DNA of 61,365 bases, filler included, from Rhabdomonas costata (taxonomy: Eukaryota), in the NCBI GenBank assembly GCA_019059605.1. It is 22 parts of 22 records of this genome, joined end to end, with 100 filler letters (N's around TTAATTAATTAA, not from the genome) between each part and the next. Parts side by side here need not be neighbours in the genome. Positions count along the whole stretch, not along the records: positions 47,509 to 50,202 come from JAHMHO010002340.1; positions 50,303 to 52,993 come from JAHMHO010002341.1; positions 53,094 to 55,784 come from JAHMHO010002342.1; positions 55,885 to 58,574 come from JAHMHO010002343.1; positions 58,675 to 61,365 come from JAHMHO010002344.1; 17 more parts are not named here. One strand, given 5' to 3'. The translations under genes and the position numbers were made by a program. A model generated the notes under the pieces. It had not been told where the DNA came from, did not search any database, and saw only the letters and a list, made by a program, of their open reading frames with translations. The first letter of the stretch is position 1. Each line of letters begins with the position of its first letter. Positions 48,549 through 61,355 of this stretch are shown here, in pieces.

Positions 48549-49624
48549 TGCGCATGGCATCCAAAATGATAGTTTCTGCTCGCACGTTCTGTTTTTTCCT
48601 GTGCGCTGTTCTGGTTGTTTTTGTTGCTTCGATTCGCTACTCTTTCGGGGACTCTGCCTCTAGGATTCAGCTTTCAAGGATCATCAGTTCCTTCGACCCC
48701 TCACTCAAGAACCCGTGCGATGTGGTTTCGGTTCACCACGGTCATGATCCCGCTCTGGTTGTGGCCACTTCCAATTCTGTTGAATTGGCTCTGGACTTGC
48801 AGCAGTTTGGTGGCTTGGCAGATTTTCCTGATGACCATTCCCCTACCCTCTCCGATTTCACAGCATTATGGACCATTGGCTGGCGGACCTTCCTTTCGCT
48901 AAACAGGAGCTGCATTCTTCCTGCGCTAACTGCCGTGGGTAATGATCATCCCTGGCCGCATTCCCCGATCGTTCCGCTCCGTGATCTGCCTCCTTTGCTG
49001 CCACATCGGCAGTGGGTCTGGGGACACCACCACCATGCCCACGCGCTGCATGGGTTTTACGACTCGCCTTTTTCAGCTGCTGTCATCGTCACCGTGGACG
49101 GCGGTGGGGATGACGGGACATTCAACCTTTGGAAGGGTTCTCGTGAAGCTCCTCAGCTGCTGCACCTGAGAAGTATCCCCCTCAATCTCGGGCGAGCCTT
49201 TGGCAACTTGGCCAGCCTGCAGAACATTCCCATCCCTTCCTTCACAGACCTTGCGGAATTCGGGAATCCCAACCTTGTGTGGAAGCGGAAGCTTCTCACG
49301 GGCTTCGATGGAGGTGCCTTCATTCATGTGTGAATCGCCTTTGATGATACGCCATGGAACTTGGTTTGGGTGACTGGGACAGTGTATAAGTTTTCGTTCC
49401 CCACTTGCCCAAATCAACAGTGAATCAACGGGCCGCCTTGATGAACGTGAATAAAGCAATCCACTTTACTGTTGTCCATGTGGTTTTTCCAATTGAAAGG
49501 CCGAGACCAGTGGAAGCGGCTGGCGAAGCTGGAGAAGGAGGTTCGAAGGTGGCACTTGCAACCCTCGCAGGTCGCCCACTTTGCTTCCACCGTGCAACAA
49601 GTTTTGGAGAACGCTGTTTTTCAG
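48549..49624 (+). CDS. NodU/CmcH-family carbamoyltransferase N-terminal domain with N-terminal signal anchor (partial)
   Basis: TM segment FCFFLCAVLVVFVASI, then GHDPALVV, HHHAHALHGFYDSPFSAAVIVTVDGGGDDG and NLGRAF. A second exon (49500-49624) encodes AHFASTVQQVLE. The start codon is uncertain. Confidence 0.82.
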
Positions 49625-50414
49625 GTGTGTTTCCATAAACTCCTGGTTATGTTAGGTGTGAGTTGAACGCCTGTCTTTTTCTCGGACTCTCCTTGGACGA
49701 CCTACCCAAGAATTGCTGTAATACTCTGTTGTTGCTATAGTCCCGATACGACTTACGTTGTATATTGGTTGTGAAGCACTAATTCCATCTTGCACTGGAA
49801 CAACCGCGGTCGCAGAAGCATGAGAAACATCTGTGCCCAGGTTTAATTTTGGTCTTCTTCAACGTTCGAAACCTTCCCTCCTCGCAATTAGCTGCTATGA
49901 TATTGTCTGCTTCACCTCAAAAAGGCACAACGGAAAAATGTGCACTTTAAGTCACTTTAAATCATTTTCGGACTTAAAAACGCTGATAAAGGGGTGGTGA
50001 AAAACTGGCCTTGACCTTCTTTTCGGCCTGTACTTTGTCTTCCCCTACCTTACTTTGAGTTGACGGGGGTCTTATATGCAAACTTCAGGAAACCCTGATC
50101 AAACGCCTTAGCAAAGCTGTGGCAGAAAATATAGCTCGACTCATTTTCGCTTGAACAGTGTCATTCAGTGTTGTTTTTCAGGATCGGCCCCACTCCCACC
50201 ACNNNNNNNNNNNNNNNNNNNNNNNNNNNNNNNNNNNNNNNNNNNNTTAATTAATTAANNNNNNNNNNNNNNNNNNNNNNNNNNNNNNNNNNNNNNNNNN
50301 NNTCATCACTGCTCTCAGTGTGCCTCGAAGATACAATGCTGAAGATGCGATTTTTTCTCACGATTTTGGGAGTTACCAGACGAAGGTGTAAGCGGGGAGG
50401 ATGTGGGGGGACCT

Positions 50415-52399
50415 CGTTGCCCAGCTTGCGGGGGTAGTCCCTCAGGAGCTTCATGCCGCAGTAGTACACCAACGCCGGCTTGCGAGCAGGGTTTTCTCGG
50501 AGGTCCCGCAGAATCGCCTTCATCTATCAGCCCATAGATGGGAAGGGTGGGCTGGGCATTGGTTCAAAATTTTGCTGCGAGATCCCTGAAAATCGTTCTA
50601 TCGGTGAAAAACGCAGCACTATCTTGGGGTCACATCGGGGTGCCAGAACGCCGAGGACACAAGTAGCGTTCTATGACGTTCTATGACGTTCTGTGAAGTT
50701 TGTAAGGAAGGCTTCAACGTGAACCCGGACCCTATTTTTCAGCCCTGACCACGCTCCAGCGAGTGGAAAAACACCTGATGTGCATATGAATGCGCCTCCG
50801 CATTTCGGAACGTTCCCAGGACTTCACATGGAAACTTGTAACGTGTGTTGAAGTGCGCCCTCGTGAGGTTGACCCCTCCACTAAATCAGCATGAAAACAA
50901 CCATACCATGATTGATTTGTATTCCAAAGATGATGGAATGGATGCGTTAATCACCTTGTCCTTACAAGGGCAGGTGGAATCAATTCTGATCCAACAACAA
51001 ACCCTTTCGACCATAGGTAATCAAGTTACATCGCTCCCCATACTCCCTCCCTCCCAAACATGCCAGTTGCTATCTATCTAGTGTGGACACCACTGTGTGA
51101 GCGCGTGCATCCCACCTGGGTTGAGGTGAGAGCAGCGTACTCTTCGGGGTACTGTGGATGAACCACAGCCTCTTTGGTGGAGGACATCTCTCGAGAGTAG
51201 CACTGCTTTTTTCACATGTCAGGTGAGAAAACGGTGAGCGGACAGCGCGTTACAATCAACCTGCGGCGCCCCGGGACAAAAAGGAAGATCCCAAGAATAC
51301 AACGCAAAAAAAAAAAAGGAAGAATTGTCACTAGGCGATACTCTCATGGCAATAGGCTTGGTAACCACCACCACTCTGCCTTTATACCGCGAAATTTCTC
51401 TGGTGATCTGGATTGGATCAATATACTCGGGGGTAATCCAGGTCCGGAGAGACACCTGAGTCCCAGAGGATCTGCCTACTTCACAGAATTCAGAGTCACA
51501 AATGGGCAAAGGCGAAACGTGCGGCGTGGGGAGATACCTCCCTTTTTGCCTGGCCTTCTTGGCCCACTTTCCATGAAAAAACGGGAAAACATTCATGACA
51601 TCCGCGACAACCTTTCAACACAACAACTTGTGAAACACAAAAGCGTCTTTCAACGAAGGATGAATTGGAAATTGCATCAATCAGAAGCAGACCAGAGGCG
51701 GCAAAACAGAGGAGTGCCTGACCCAGCCAGCCAGCCAGCCAGCGCGCGGAATGTGACAACGACAATTGCACCAATGTGAGACAAGAGCCGCACACTGAAG
51801 AAGAGGAACCGCGTGCTCCCAGCGTGCAAAACATTCTGAACTTGTCCGGATGGTGGAGATCACTGAATGTACCCCCAATTTTTTTGGTTGGTTTCAGTAG
51901 TCGAACACCTTCACCAGAGGCAGCTGCTGTCAGCCCCTGTACATGCAACCCAGTATCTTCCCATAAGAGTTCACGTGGAACGGGCTAAACGATCGCCGCG
52001 TCATCATTACTGCGGCAAAGTGTTCTTTGACTGCAGTGCGCTGATCACCACCACCCCACATCACCTCTGCGGAGCACCAGCTCCGGATGAGCGGCAAGAG
52101 GAAAAGTGACGGGGGCCAGGGCCCTCTCACGGTGGCTCATTCTGCCCCTGCTCCAGACCGAAGTCGCACAGCAGCGCTCCCCAGCAGCGGGGGTCGATGC
52201 TCCTCCAAACACCCGGCGACGGCAGGCCCCACCTTTGGAAGGGCGTCGCCTTTCCACCACCGTCGCTTGCCGGAGCGTCGGTGAAAGGGGGAGGCAGTGG
52301 CCCTCGGGTATAGAGCCCGACATAGAGCCAAGGCCGCAGTACAAGGACCCCCACAAGAGCGCCGAGTCCAAGAAGGCAGACGGGCCAGCGGATCGCCAT
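50415..52399 (-). CDS. Hypothetical type II membrane or secretory protein (multi-exon, partial)
   Basis: ATG at 52399 starts MAIRWPVCLLGLGALVGVLVLRPWLY (signal anchor), with a GT donor at 52130. A later exon-like segment reads AILRDLRENPARKPALVYYCGMKLLRDYPRKLGNE. The exons in between are unresolved. Confidence 0.35.
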
Positions 52400-53464
52400 G
52401 GGATGACCCACCTCAGACGTCTACCAAAAACTCGCAACAGGCGGTATAACGCAAAGTTTCAAATGAATAACCCACGCACAACCCCCTCAAAACCCTAAAG
52501 TAAGTGGTAAGTGTGTATGTGTGGTGGGGTTGCCCTGCGAGACCAACTCCCAGGGATCTCTGCTGACAAGCTGCAAGGAATATCACTTTGAAATCTCTGG
52601 TAACTCCACACATCCCCACAAAAGCGAAAATTTGGGGGTTACACCAAAAACAAACGAAAAATCCAGACAGCGATTTGCAGAGGGCTCAGCCGATGCAGGC
52701 CCGGGATGTTCTGCAAACCTAATCCTCCACCAAACCACCAAATGTTGTCTATCAAATTTTTCATTCACTGGTGGTGATCGTTCTGACTTCCCGGAAGAGG
52801 CACAAATGAGGGACCCTATTTTGAGTGATTCAACAGCTACAGCACGAGCTTTTCCCTCTCTCCCTCACCAAATGACCATCGCTTTTCAAAAAAAAAGCAT
52901 CTTCCATCTTGAACTTGGAATTGCACGGTAAGAAGAAAGGAATGCTGGCATGTCAGTAAGCACCTCGCTGGTTTCTTCGGACAACAAACACCCNNNNNNN
53001 NNNNNNNNNNNNNNNNNNNNNNNNNNNNNNNNNNNNNTTAATTAATTAANNNNNNNNNNNNNNNNNNNNNNNNNNNNNNNNNNNNNNNNNNNNTTTGTGT
53101 TTGTGGCAAAAATGTATAATAGGGTTTGGAAAAAAGAGGGGAAAGCGCAAGAGGGAGGGAAACCAGGAAGGGAGGAAGAGGAAAAAAAAATCCAGAAGCG
53201 AGAGGGACGGCGCGGAAAAAGAGAGGTGGCCGAGGTGGTTGAGTAATAAAACAGGCGAAATTGTGACGACAGTGTAACGATTGCCTATGTGTCCTCAGGA
53301 TCAAGTTATGTATCCGTACGGCGGGGTGACGCCTCTGAATAAAGGGAAACAAAGGAGGGCCGATTTCCGAGCCTCACGTATCCACAATCGCTGCTTGCGT
53401 TTCCTCACCCCTCCGCCGTTACCCACAGATCCGCAGTTCACATATGTATCTACAAATACAAACC

Positions 53465-55367
53465 GCGGTCCCAGAGGCGCTCCTGCGGGGGCCAGTAGCT
53501 GCGCGTTGAGCTGTATCGAGTCCAGCCGGTTCCGCAGGTGGCAAAGCTCGAGCTCCAGCTTGCGAAACTCAGTCCCTCTTGGAAAGTCACAGGTGCGTGC
53601 GCGGGCAGGAAAACTCCTAGGCCGCAAACTTTTCGTTTTCTGCGCTTTTAAGGAAGAACAGCATTGACACAGCGAGTTTTTAATTGAAGCAGATGCGGTT
53701 TCCGCCCATGGGTCGATCGGTACGTGAGAAAGCCGGAGAACTCTCGCATACACACAGACAGAGAGTGCAATGTATTCGGATAAAGCACACCGTCTCCCTC
53801 CACCCTCCTTCATTTTCGAATTAAGGGATGGCAACACTTATCATCCGAGAATGACCTCCCAAACCTTCTTTAGCCGAGTGCCCTTCCTAGCGAGTGTCAT
53901 GTGCGTGTGTATTTACCGTGGGTCATGGCCCTTGCTCACCTCAGAAAGCCGCCGGTCAAGCTCGTCCTGCCTCGTGGCAACGTTTCGAATCTATGGCGCA
54001 CAGAATGAAGGGGGGTCAGCTTGCCAGGGTCCAGCTGCAGCAACCAGAGAAACCCACCATGCACACACACACGAGTGAAACCGTTAGAAATCTGAGATCT
54101 TCTGGCACAAGCGCACGCGCGGGTGTGTGTGTGTCTGTGCGTGTGTGTTGGGCGCATTGCGCGCTAGGTGTTGCCTGGCTGACTGGTTGCTTGGTTGGTT
54201 GTTGGTGACCACTGTGGGCTAACGGGCTCACGCGCTGCTCGCGAGAGGTGCCGTGGGAACTGGAACCGGCTCACCGCCAAACGTTCCACGTGTGATAACC
54301 TCCCTTCTGCCCCCCGGGTCCCGAGCCTTTGTCGCGCAGCTGCTCTTTTCCACCGGCAACCTGCATTGCTCCATTGCTGCTCAGGTCTCTGAGACTCCAC
54401 TCGCGAAAACGGCCCTTGGAGCTTTTCTTTCGGATGGGTGAACGGGCAGCACTGGTATCTACAGGCGTTGCCGTGCCAGCACACCACTACATGGTTGCGT
54501 TGCGGGGTATTCCTGCCACTTTCCGCTGAACTTCTTGTACCTCCGGGTTGCCTTATTGGCTCTTTGCCCTGGTACGTCTGCGAGTACTGTCGATTCTCGT
54601 TGGTGGTAGCATGACGGTTCTGAGTTCTCGCGATGCTCGATGTTGCGCTTGAACCTCTGCGCACTGGGTCCGTCTCTACGCGGGTTCGTTCTAGGCTTCT
54701 CCCTCGGGTGCACAAAGGGACACCGTTGACACTCGAGTTCTAGTTCCCACGGGTCTCAGCCATACGATCCTCTCCAGGTGTACACCGGGAAGCTGCCTGG
54801 TTCAAAGTATGGTTCGGCGGCTGCTGGGCTTCGTTCTGTTTTCGATACGATCCGTCGCGCGTCATATTGTTTTCACTTTGTTGGGTCCTCGAGGGTCTCT
54901 TGGGGCTGACGCACTGCCTTAAAAACCTGCGTGGGAAGTCCCTCATTGCCGGGGCGTTTGTCGGGGTGACACTCGAGGGCTGTTCTCCTCCCGGCAGCCC
55001 GCGTCGCCATAAGGAGGAGCCGGGTTGCAAGTTCAGGGCTTCGTACAGTGAACGGGAGAGTGCCTCACGTAGCCTCATCAGTGTGTGTGTGTGTGTGTGT
55101 GTGTTCACGCGCGAAGGTCTCGTCCTGTCGCTGGTATCCGTTTCACCATTTCACCACTGCTGTCACGACTAAATGGGCACGAGAAAGTGTTCGGGTCAAA
55201 AAGAAGGGGGGAAGGGGTGCGATATTTTGAGGTACCTGTGCCTGTAGCTGTGCCGCATTAGCGCTCACCAGCTGGTGTAACTCCGCCCGCAGCGGTTCCA
55301 CGCTGGTGCTGACGCACGTCTGCGCCCGCTGAACAGCTTCGACAGTGGCCTGAGAACTCGCCAGGCT
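53465..55367 (-). CDS. Coiled-coil hypothetical protein (internal exons)
   Basis: AG/GT-bounded segments LASSQATVEAVQRAQ...LQAQ, IRNVATRQDELDRRLSE and TEFRKLELELCHLRNRLDSIQLNAQLL. Confidence 0.45.
55081..55103. repeat. (GT)n microsatellite
   Basis: An uninterrupted GT run of about 11-12 units. Confidence 0.9.
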
Positions 55368-58300
55368 GCACATAAGTAGAGCAGCGTTCCGGTGAACCCA
55401 CCAGCAGCAACAACAACCACGACGGCTACGTCAACATTAAGATTGCCAAACCGCTTATTTTTAAGACTGCAGGAGGGCATTCTGCGAAAATCGACGATGA
55501 GCACAGTGATGCTGCGTTCTCAAACCGAACTACCCGTTCTTTTATAACAGGTTAACCGACCTACTGTCGGATGGTTCGCCATCCTCTTCTTGCTTTTTAG
55601 AACTTGGCAATCCCTGCTGGCTTCTAAAAGCATTAGTCCTTGAAGGGAATATAGGCCAACCTACACCGAAGGCACTGGAGCTCATCTTCAAGGCTCTTGT
55701 GGTGAATCTCCCAGGTGGCCCTCTCGTGCTCCCATTCCGCGCGGAGGGCGTGGAGCTCCCGGCAGCCCTGGGCCTCCCAAAAACNNNNNNNNNNNNNNNN
55801 NNNNNNNNNNNNNNNNNNNNNNNNNNNNTTAATTAATTAANNNNNNNNNNNNNNNNNNNNNNNNNNNNNNNNNNNNNNNNNNNNGATCATATCACGAGAA
55901 GAAGCTGCCCTGTTGGATGCTTTACGCACAAAGCGCGCGAGACGGAGTGGGGGTCACGTTTCTTTACTGCCGCTGTGTCTGGCCGCAGGTGTGACCAGTC
56001 TGCCCAGCGGGGCTCCGGGTTCCTGGCTGCTGAAATGGTTTGCTGGGATAAGGAACCTTTGGCTATTTTTTTTTTACGATCAAATATAATCCCGTTAGTC
56101 CCGTTAGTCACCTTTTTTGGTGCATCGATCTGCGCGAACAGGACAACTCATTGGTTCATGGGTGGTGTATTGTCCGTGAGCAGAAGAAATACGAAAATAC
56201 AATACACGGGCCCAAACGTTGACGTTGGATGGGGGCGAGACTGGTGATGGTTGCCGCAGATTGCCACGCCACAATGTTCCCAGTGGTAACAGAAAACTGA
56301 CCTCCTGAAGGCCGTCATCCTCGAAATTGTTTCCTTTAGTCTAAGGGTTGGTATACTGTGCCAAAGCTCACTAGAAGGCGTTTTCTAAGCATGGTCCAAG
56401 AGGAAGACCTTTTGCCACTGGTAAAAGATTGCCCTCCTCCCCACTGTCACTTGTTTCAAGGAATGGAGAGCAAAAGCTGCGCATTCGCCGCCCTTTCTGT
56501 TGGATCGAGATCGAGAAAGAGAGCATGCACCATCCACTCACCACACCTTCCACTTTCAGCACAAAAAGTCACTTCATTACTATATCGAATACAAAAGTGC
56601 AGCAAAGCGGACTCCCTCGCCGCAGCGGAAAGTCAAATTACACGACACAAAAACACACTCGCCGCCACATGCACGTACACATCCAACAACACACAACTAG
56701 CTCTCACAGCGAGGGGCTTTGGGCCTCCGCTTTACCCGAGCACTGCAGGAAAAGGGTACAGCTTCCGCAGCACACAGCTGGGGCCGGAGGTCCTCCGCTT
56801 TGCCTTTGCGGGCGAGACAGCTTCCACCACCTTTGCATGTCCAGCATAGGGCGCACAAGAAAGGGTGGGCTTCACGTTGCCAAGAGATTTTCCTCCAAGG
56901 AGGTGAATTTCCAAAGCAATGAAAAGACGAAAAAAAGAAAAGCAAGGACTCGTTCGGTTTCTACAGGGTGAATCCCGCAGGTCGAGGGGTCAGATTATTC
57001 GGTCAAAAGAACAAAGAGGAGGTTGCTGAAGCAATACTACAAAGAACAAAGCACCAAAACAGCTGTGAAACACATTGGCAGAGCCGTATCTATATTCAAG
57101 GCCCATATTTAATTAGAACACCCAGTGAATTGATGTTCCTTTCTACTTACATCAATGCGAACATTCTTCTGAACTTCTGAATTAAAGGGCACTCTTCCCC
57201 CTATTAGGGAGACAGTGGTGGAATGACCTGCCTCTGGGGGTTCCATTCGGCGAGCGATGCGCTGCCCTGCAGAGCTCCACCTGGCGGCGTTGCGGGCTCG
57301 GGCCATGTCCACAGTCAACTTTTTCAAAAACAAGCGAATGATCGACAAGAGACACATTAGCATTGCAAAAACAGAAACTGAAACGAAGACATCACAAGAA
57401 GACCGAGGTCGTTAACAGCCATGGGGAGGTCGAAATCTTATATGATTGCAGTATAATTGCGGTATGATTGCGCCAACGGAGACTCCCGTTAGTGAAAGCT
57501 TTGCATACGCTCATACAGATCGCGCTTCCGCAAGTTCGCAAGGTCAGTTTCACAAGTTGTGCAAAAGCTACTCCAAATACTTCAGGTCCTTATTATCAGG
57601 AACATATAACAATGGCGCTCAACGAACTGCGAGCAACCTGCAAGTTTCCCTAAGACATCACAACTCCAAAGTGTGTGCGCCGCAAGAAAACACACCTGGA
57701 CAGCGTGGGTAGATGCAGCAGAAGATGGCCGCGACAAGGGTGCCGAGTGCTCCGTGCTTGCCGTTCCAGGCCTCACCCTCTGCAGAAAAAAGAAGCTGCT
57801 GGAAAATACCCTCACTCCATCACTTTCGTCGCTTGAAGCACTTTTTCCAGTTTGTCACTCAAGACAAAGCTCCAATCACAATCATCTCATAAAGGACCAG
57901 AGGCAGGCTTATCAACTTTTCGTAACAGGAACCCTATAGGGAGTGCCGCGGACGCTAGCAGCGGATGCGCAAAGCTGTGTCGTGACTTGTGGCGCGCACT
58001 GAAGATTTGCAGATTGTCCATCCTCGCCTGTCCCGCAGCAACGGCTGAATTACATAAACTCACACACCCTTGGCTTGGAGGTCACCTTCACAGAGCTGAC
58101 TGCACCTGCAAAGACACACCAGCACCAGCGCGAGAAAAGAGAAGCAAACCTTTCGAAATAACTTTACTGTGTGAGACGCAACGCCCGGCCACTCGATGAA
58201 TGTGATCACGGTGAATGGTGGAAGCAAATCACCACAAGCAATGCTCGTCACGGAGGAGGAGGAGGCTCATCCCTCGGACCGAACGTAACAGATGACAGAC

Positions 58301-60330
58301 AGGCAGAAAGTTGGGGCATATTAGGCTGAAACCTGGCTTGTCCTCCTCCTCCTTGCAGTTTACAGCGTGCGGCGATTGCCGGCTGTACCTAAGGACTTCG
58401 CGGAGGCATTCCAGCCACGAGCGCTCGTTCATCTGCGCCTGAAATGAATGTGTTTTGGAGAGTGGGTGTTATTGGCTGGACGCGGGCAGGACCATTGAGG
58501 ACCACGTGAAAATTACTTGAAAAATACCAAGCGATGTGCATGCGCAAGGGCTGATCCTGAGCAAAAGGGAATGGNNNNNNNNNNNNNNNNNNNNNNNNNN
58601 NNNNNNNNNNNNNNNNNNTTAATTAATTAANNNNNNNNNNNNNNNNNNNNNNNNNNNNNNNNNNNNNNNNNNNNTGATGAAAGTAGTGGTTTTGTGGTAG
58701 TTTGTAGTGTCTTCCGCATTTCCGAGAGTGTTCTTTGGCATTCTTGCCGCTTGTGAAAACGTTGGAATACTGGATTCTGGTTTCCAACCATTTGCTTCCT
58801 CTTTGTGTGTGTGAGTTGATCTGGGTCTCCCGACCTGTGAGGAAGCTTCCAGGGCCCTTGGGTTAAGTTTTTCATTTGGAAATACGTGCTGAGAGTCATT
58901 TGAGTGGGCAAAGGTCGGAAACGCCCTTAATTGGGCCTGCATTGGACCTTGAGGGGCCCTATCTCGGCGTAGAGAAGGAGTCCGAGACGGGGAAGCGGCC
59001 AACCAACGCATTGCAGAAGTGCTGCCATGCTACTAAATATGAGCCCCAACCCGTCACTCTGGCTCGAGTTCTTGAGGTCAATGTTAGTTCTCCGGTAAGG
59101 TCCGGTCCGGGAGTGGCGATAGCGGATGTCACCCAGCGAATAGGGTGAGGTTTTGGGCCGAAATAAGTGTCCCCCCGCGCACACACAAATTTCCGATGAG
59201 GCCCCCGACGATTGGTGAGGTTCCGGAGGCTGGCTGAAGAGGCCAGATAGGCAGGCCTGGTAGAACGCCCAGAACAGCGAAAAGTCGTGTGCGTAGACAG
59301 GTACATGTGTAGACATGTGTACATGTCTACACATAGGAATTTTCCTAGTGGCTCACCGTTTAGCAGCGCTAAACTGTTTAACACCCAAATGCATCGGACG
59401 GTCTCTGGTCTGCTTTTAGCCGTCCGCAAATCTTCGAGCACGAACTCTGACCACTCTTTCCCTCGGTAGCCTTTGCTATCGGGGGGGGGGGTCTATAACG
59501 GATCTCACCCAAAGAGTTCCGTAAAGTCGCCCGAAATGCCTGAATTGAATTGAATTGAATTGACCCTTTTCCTGTTGACCCTTTTCCTGCTGTTTTATAG
59601 CATTGAAGTCTGAATTGAACTTTGAACTGGTGGCATTGAAGGTGGAGGCATAACTGCATTTATGCCCCAGGTTTCAGACACGCCCCCCCCCCTCGCCACG
59701 TACCTTCGCCCCCAAAAAGGGAACCGGAAACCTTGCATCGCCACCTAACCTCCTGCAAATTCCTACACTAGAATCCCAGGGAACACGCGCATCACCTCCT
59801 AACCCCCTACAAGCTCAGAAAGGTACCCAAAAAACTTCGCAGTTCTCCTACCGGGGGGGGGGGCATAAATGCACGTGATAGGCCCATAAATGCACTAGCA
59901 CCAAGTTGAACTGTTGACATTAAATGGAATTGAACCTTGAGTACCCCCGCGTGAATTTTTTCTCGGAAGGTCTTGCTTGTAGCGCGAGTTCCAGGTTCAA
60001 AACATTCTCTTTCGACCAGCGGAGCCAGGTGCATTAGAATAGCTGGACGAGCCCAACCGGAGGCTCACTTCCATCCCTGGTCTTCGTGGCCGTCACGACG
60101 ACTACCACAAATTCACACCAGATCGCACACAGACTAAAGGGCAACAACAATGGCATTATCTTTTTTCTGTTGTGATGCTTCTTGCTTTTATGGTAATTCA
60201 ACAACAAACCCCAGACCAAACAGAAGGCCCTTTACGCCCAGAAACTGAGAAAGCCTCCTTCGTTTTGGTGACTGCTGCGCTCATTTAATATTGCCTTCAG
60301 GTCGGCAGTTTTCCCCCCTTGTTTGATAAA

Positions 60331-61059
60331 ATGTACGGAATGGTCAGTTATGGCGGGTATGGTGGGTATGGTATGGGGAGGTACGGAGGTGGCTGGGGAA
60401 TGACTCCGACCGAGAGGCTCGACGCCATGGACGGACGCATGGACGGCCGTTACTTTGGTGCCCCCATTGTCAACTCGTGTGTTCCCCACACATTCTTTTT
60501 CTTCCTCGCTCGCTTGTCCGCAGCATCTTCTTTTGCACCCTTTCTTTTCATCGAAATCAGCTGTATTGAGGCCTGCCAAATCTCCAATTGATTTCATCGA
60601 CACCAGGGTGAGAAACGATGGTTTTTCGCCAATCGCCTTTGCGTTGGTGGCCCCTGGAAACGTCCTGAAATGACGGCAATGATTGAGAATCTCGGGAATA
60701 CTTGGTTGTTCCTTGACCAAAAGTGAAGCCTCCTACCAAACAAGGTTCCGACAGTACCCTTCGTCCCCGTCTGCCAAAACGCTAACCGAGGGTTTTCAGA
60801 TGGAATTGGATGGCATTCTTTGCAGCACAAACACCCACACCGACACACATCTATTGCCTCCCGATCTTTGCACACGCACACACATACCTCCTGCATTCTC
60901 TCAATTTTTCCTGGGTATGACTTGTTTTTCTGTCCTAGGCACCTATTCGTGCGGGTGGGCTTTGTATCATTTGGTTTCATCACTCAGGAATCCCTTCGCG
61001 CACATGCTTGATGCCATGGACGGGCGCATCGACGGTCGCTTCTTCGGTGCCCCGATTGG
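60331..61059 (+). CDS. Gly/Tyr-rich protein with LDAMDGRxDGRxFGAPI repeats (euglenid-type), 5' exons
   Basis: Exon 1 (60331-~60477) reads MYGMVSYGGYGGYG...LDAMDGRMDGRYFGAPIVNS. Exon 2 (60988-61059) reads NPFAHMLDAMDGRIDGRFFGAPIG. The GT-AG junction is phase compatible. Confidence 0.75.
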
Positions 61060-61067
61060 GTATTGGC

Positions 61068-61355
61068 ATACGTTGTGGTGTCACGTTGACCGTTGAGTAG
61101 TTCCGACTTACGTCCCCCTTTCCGCCACTTCTTCCTTTTTCGTTGGGGTTGCTTTTCCGTGGCACCGTTTGTCTCCATTTGTGATTCTCGTAAAATGTTC
61201 TGTGAATGAAATTGTCGCATGTTTTCGAACAGGTTCATGGCTCTCTGGGGTCCCGATGTGCTTTTTCTGATGCAACCTGGGTAAAAGAAAGGCAGTGGCG
61301 GAAAGGGGGACGTAAGTCGGAACTACTCAACGGTCAACGTGACACCACAACGTAT
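61068..61355. repeat. 62-bp perfect inverted repeat with imperfect inner extension, at contig end
   Basis: 61068-61129 is the reverse complement of 61294-61355. Partial pairing continues inward (61130-61152 with 61272-61293). Confidence 0.9.

Noticed and set aside
55885-59470. Minus-strand exon-like segments in contigs 21-22 (e.g. MNERSWLECLREVLRY, YRGKEWSEFVLEDLR)
   Set aside because: They are probably coding, but I could not build a consistent exon chain or recognise a family, so they are not annotated.
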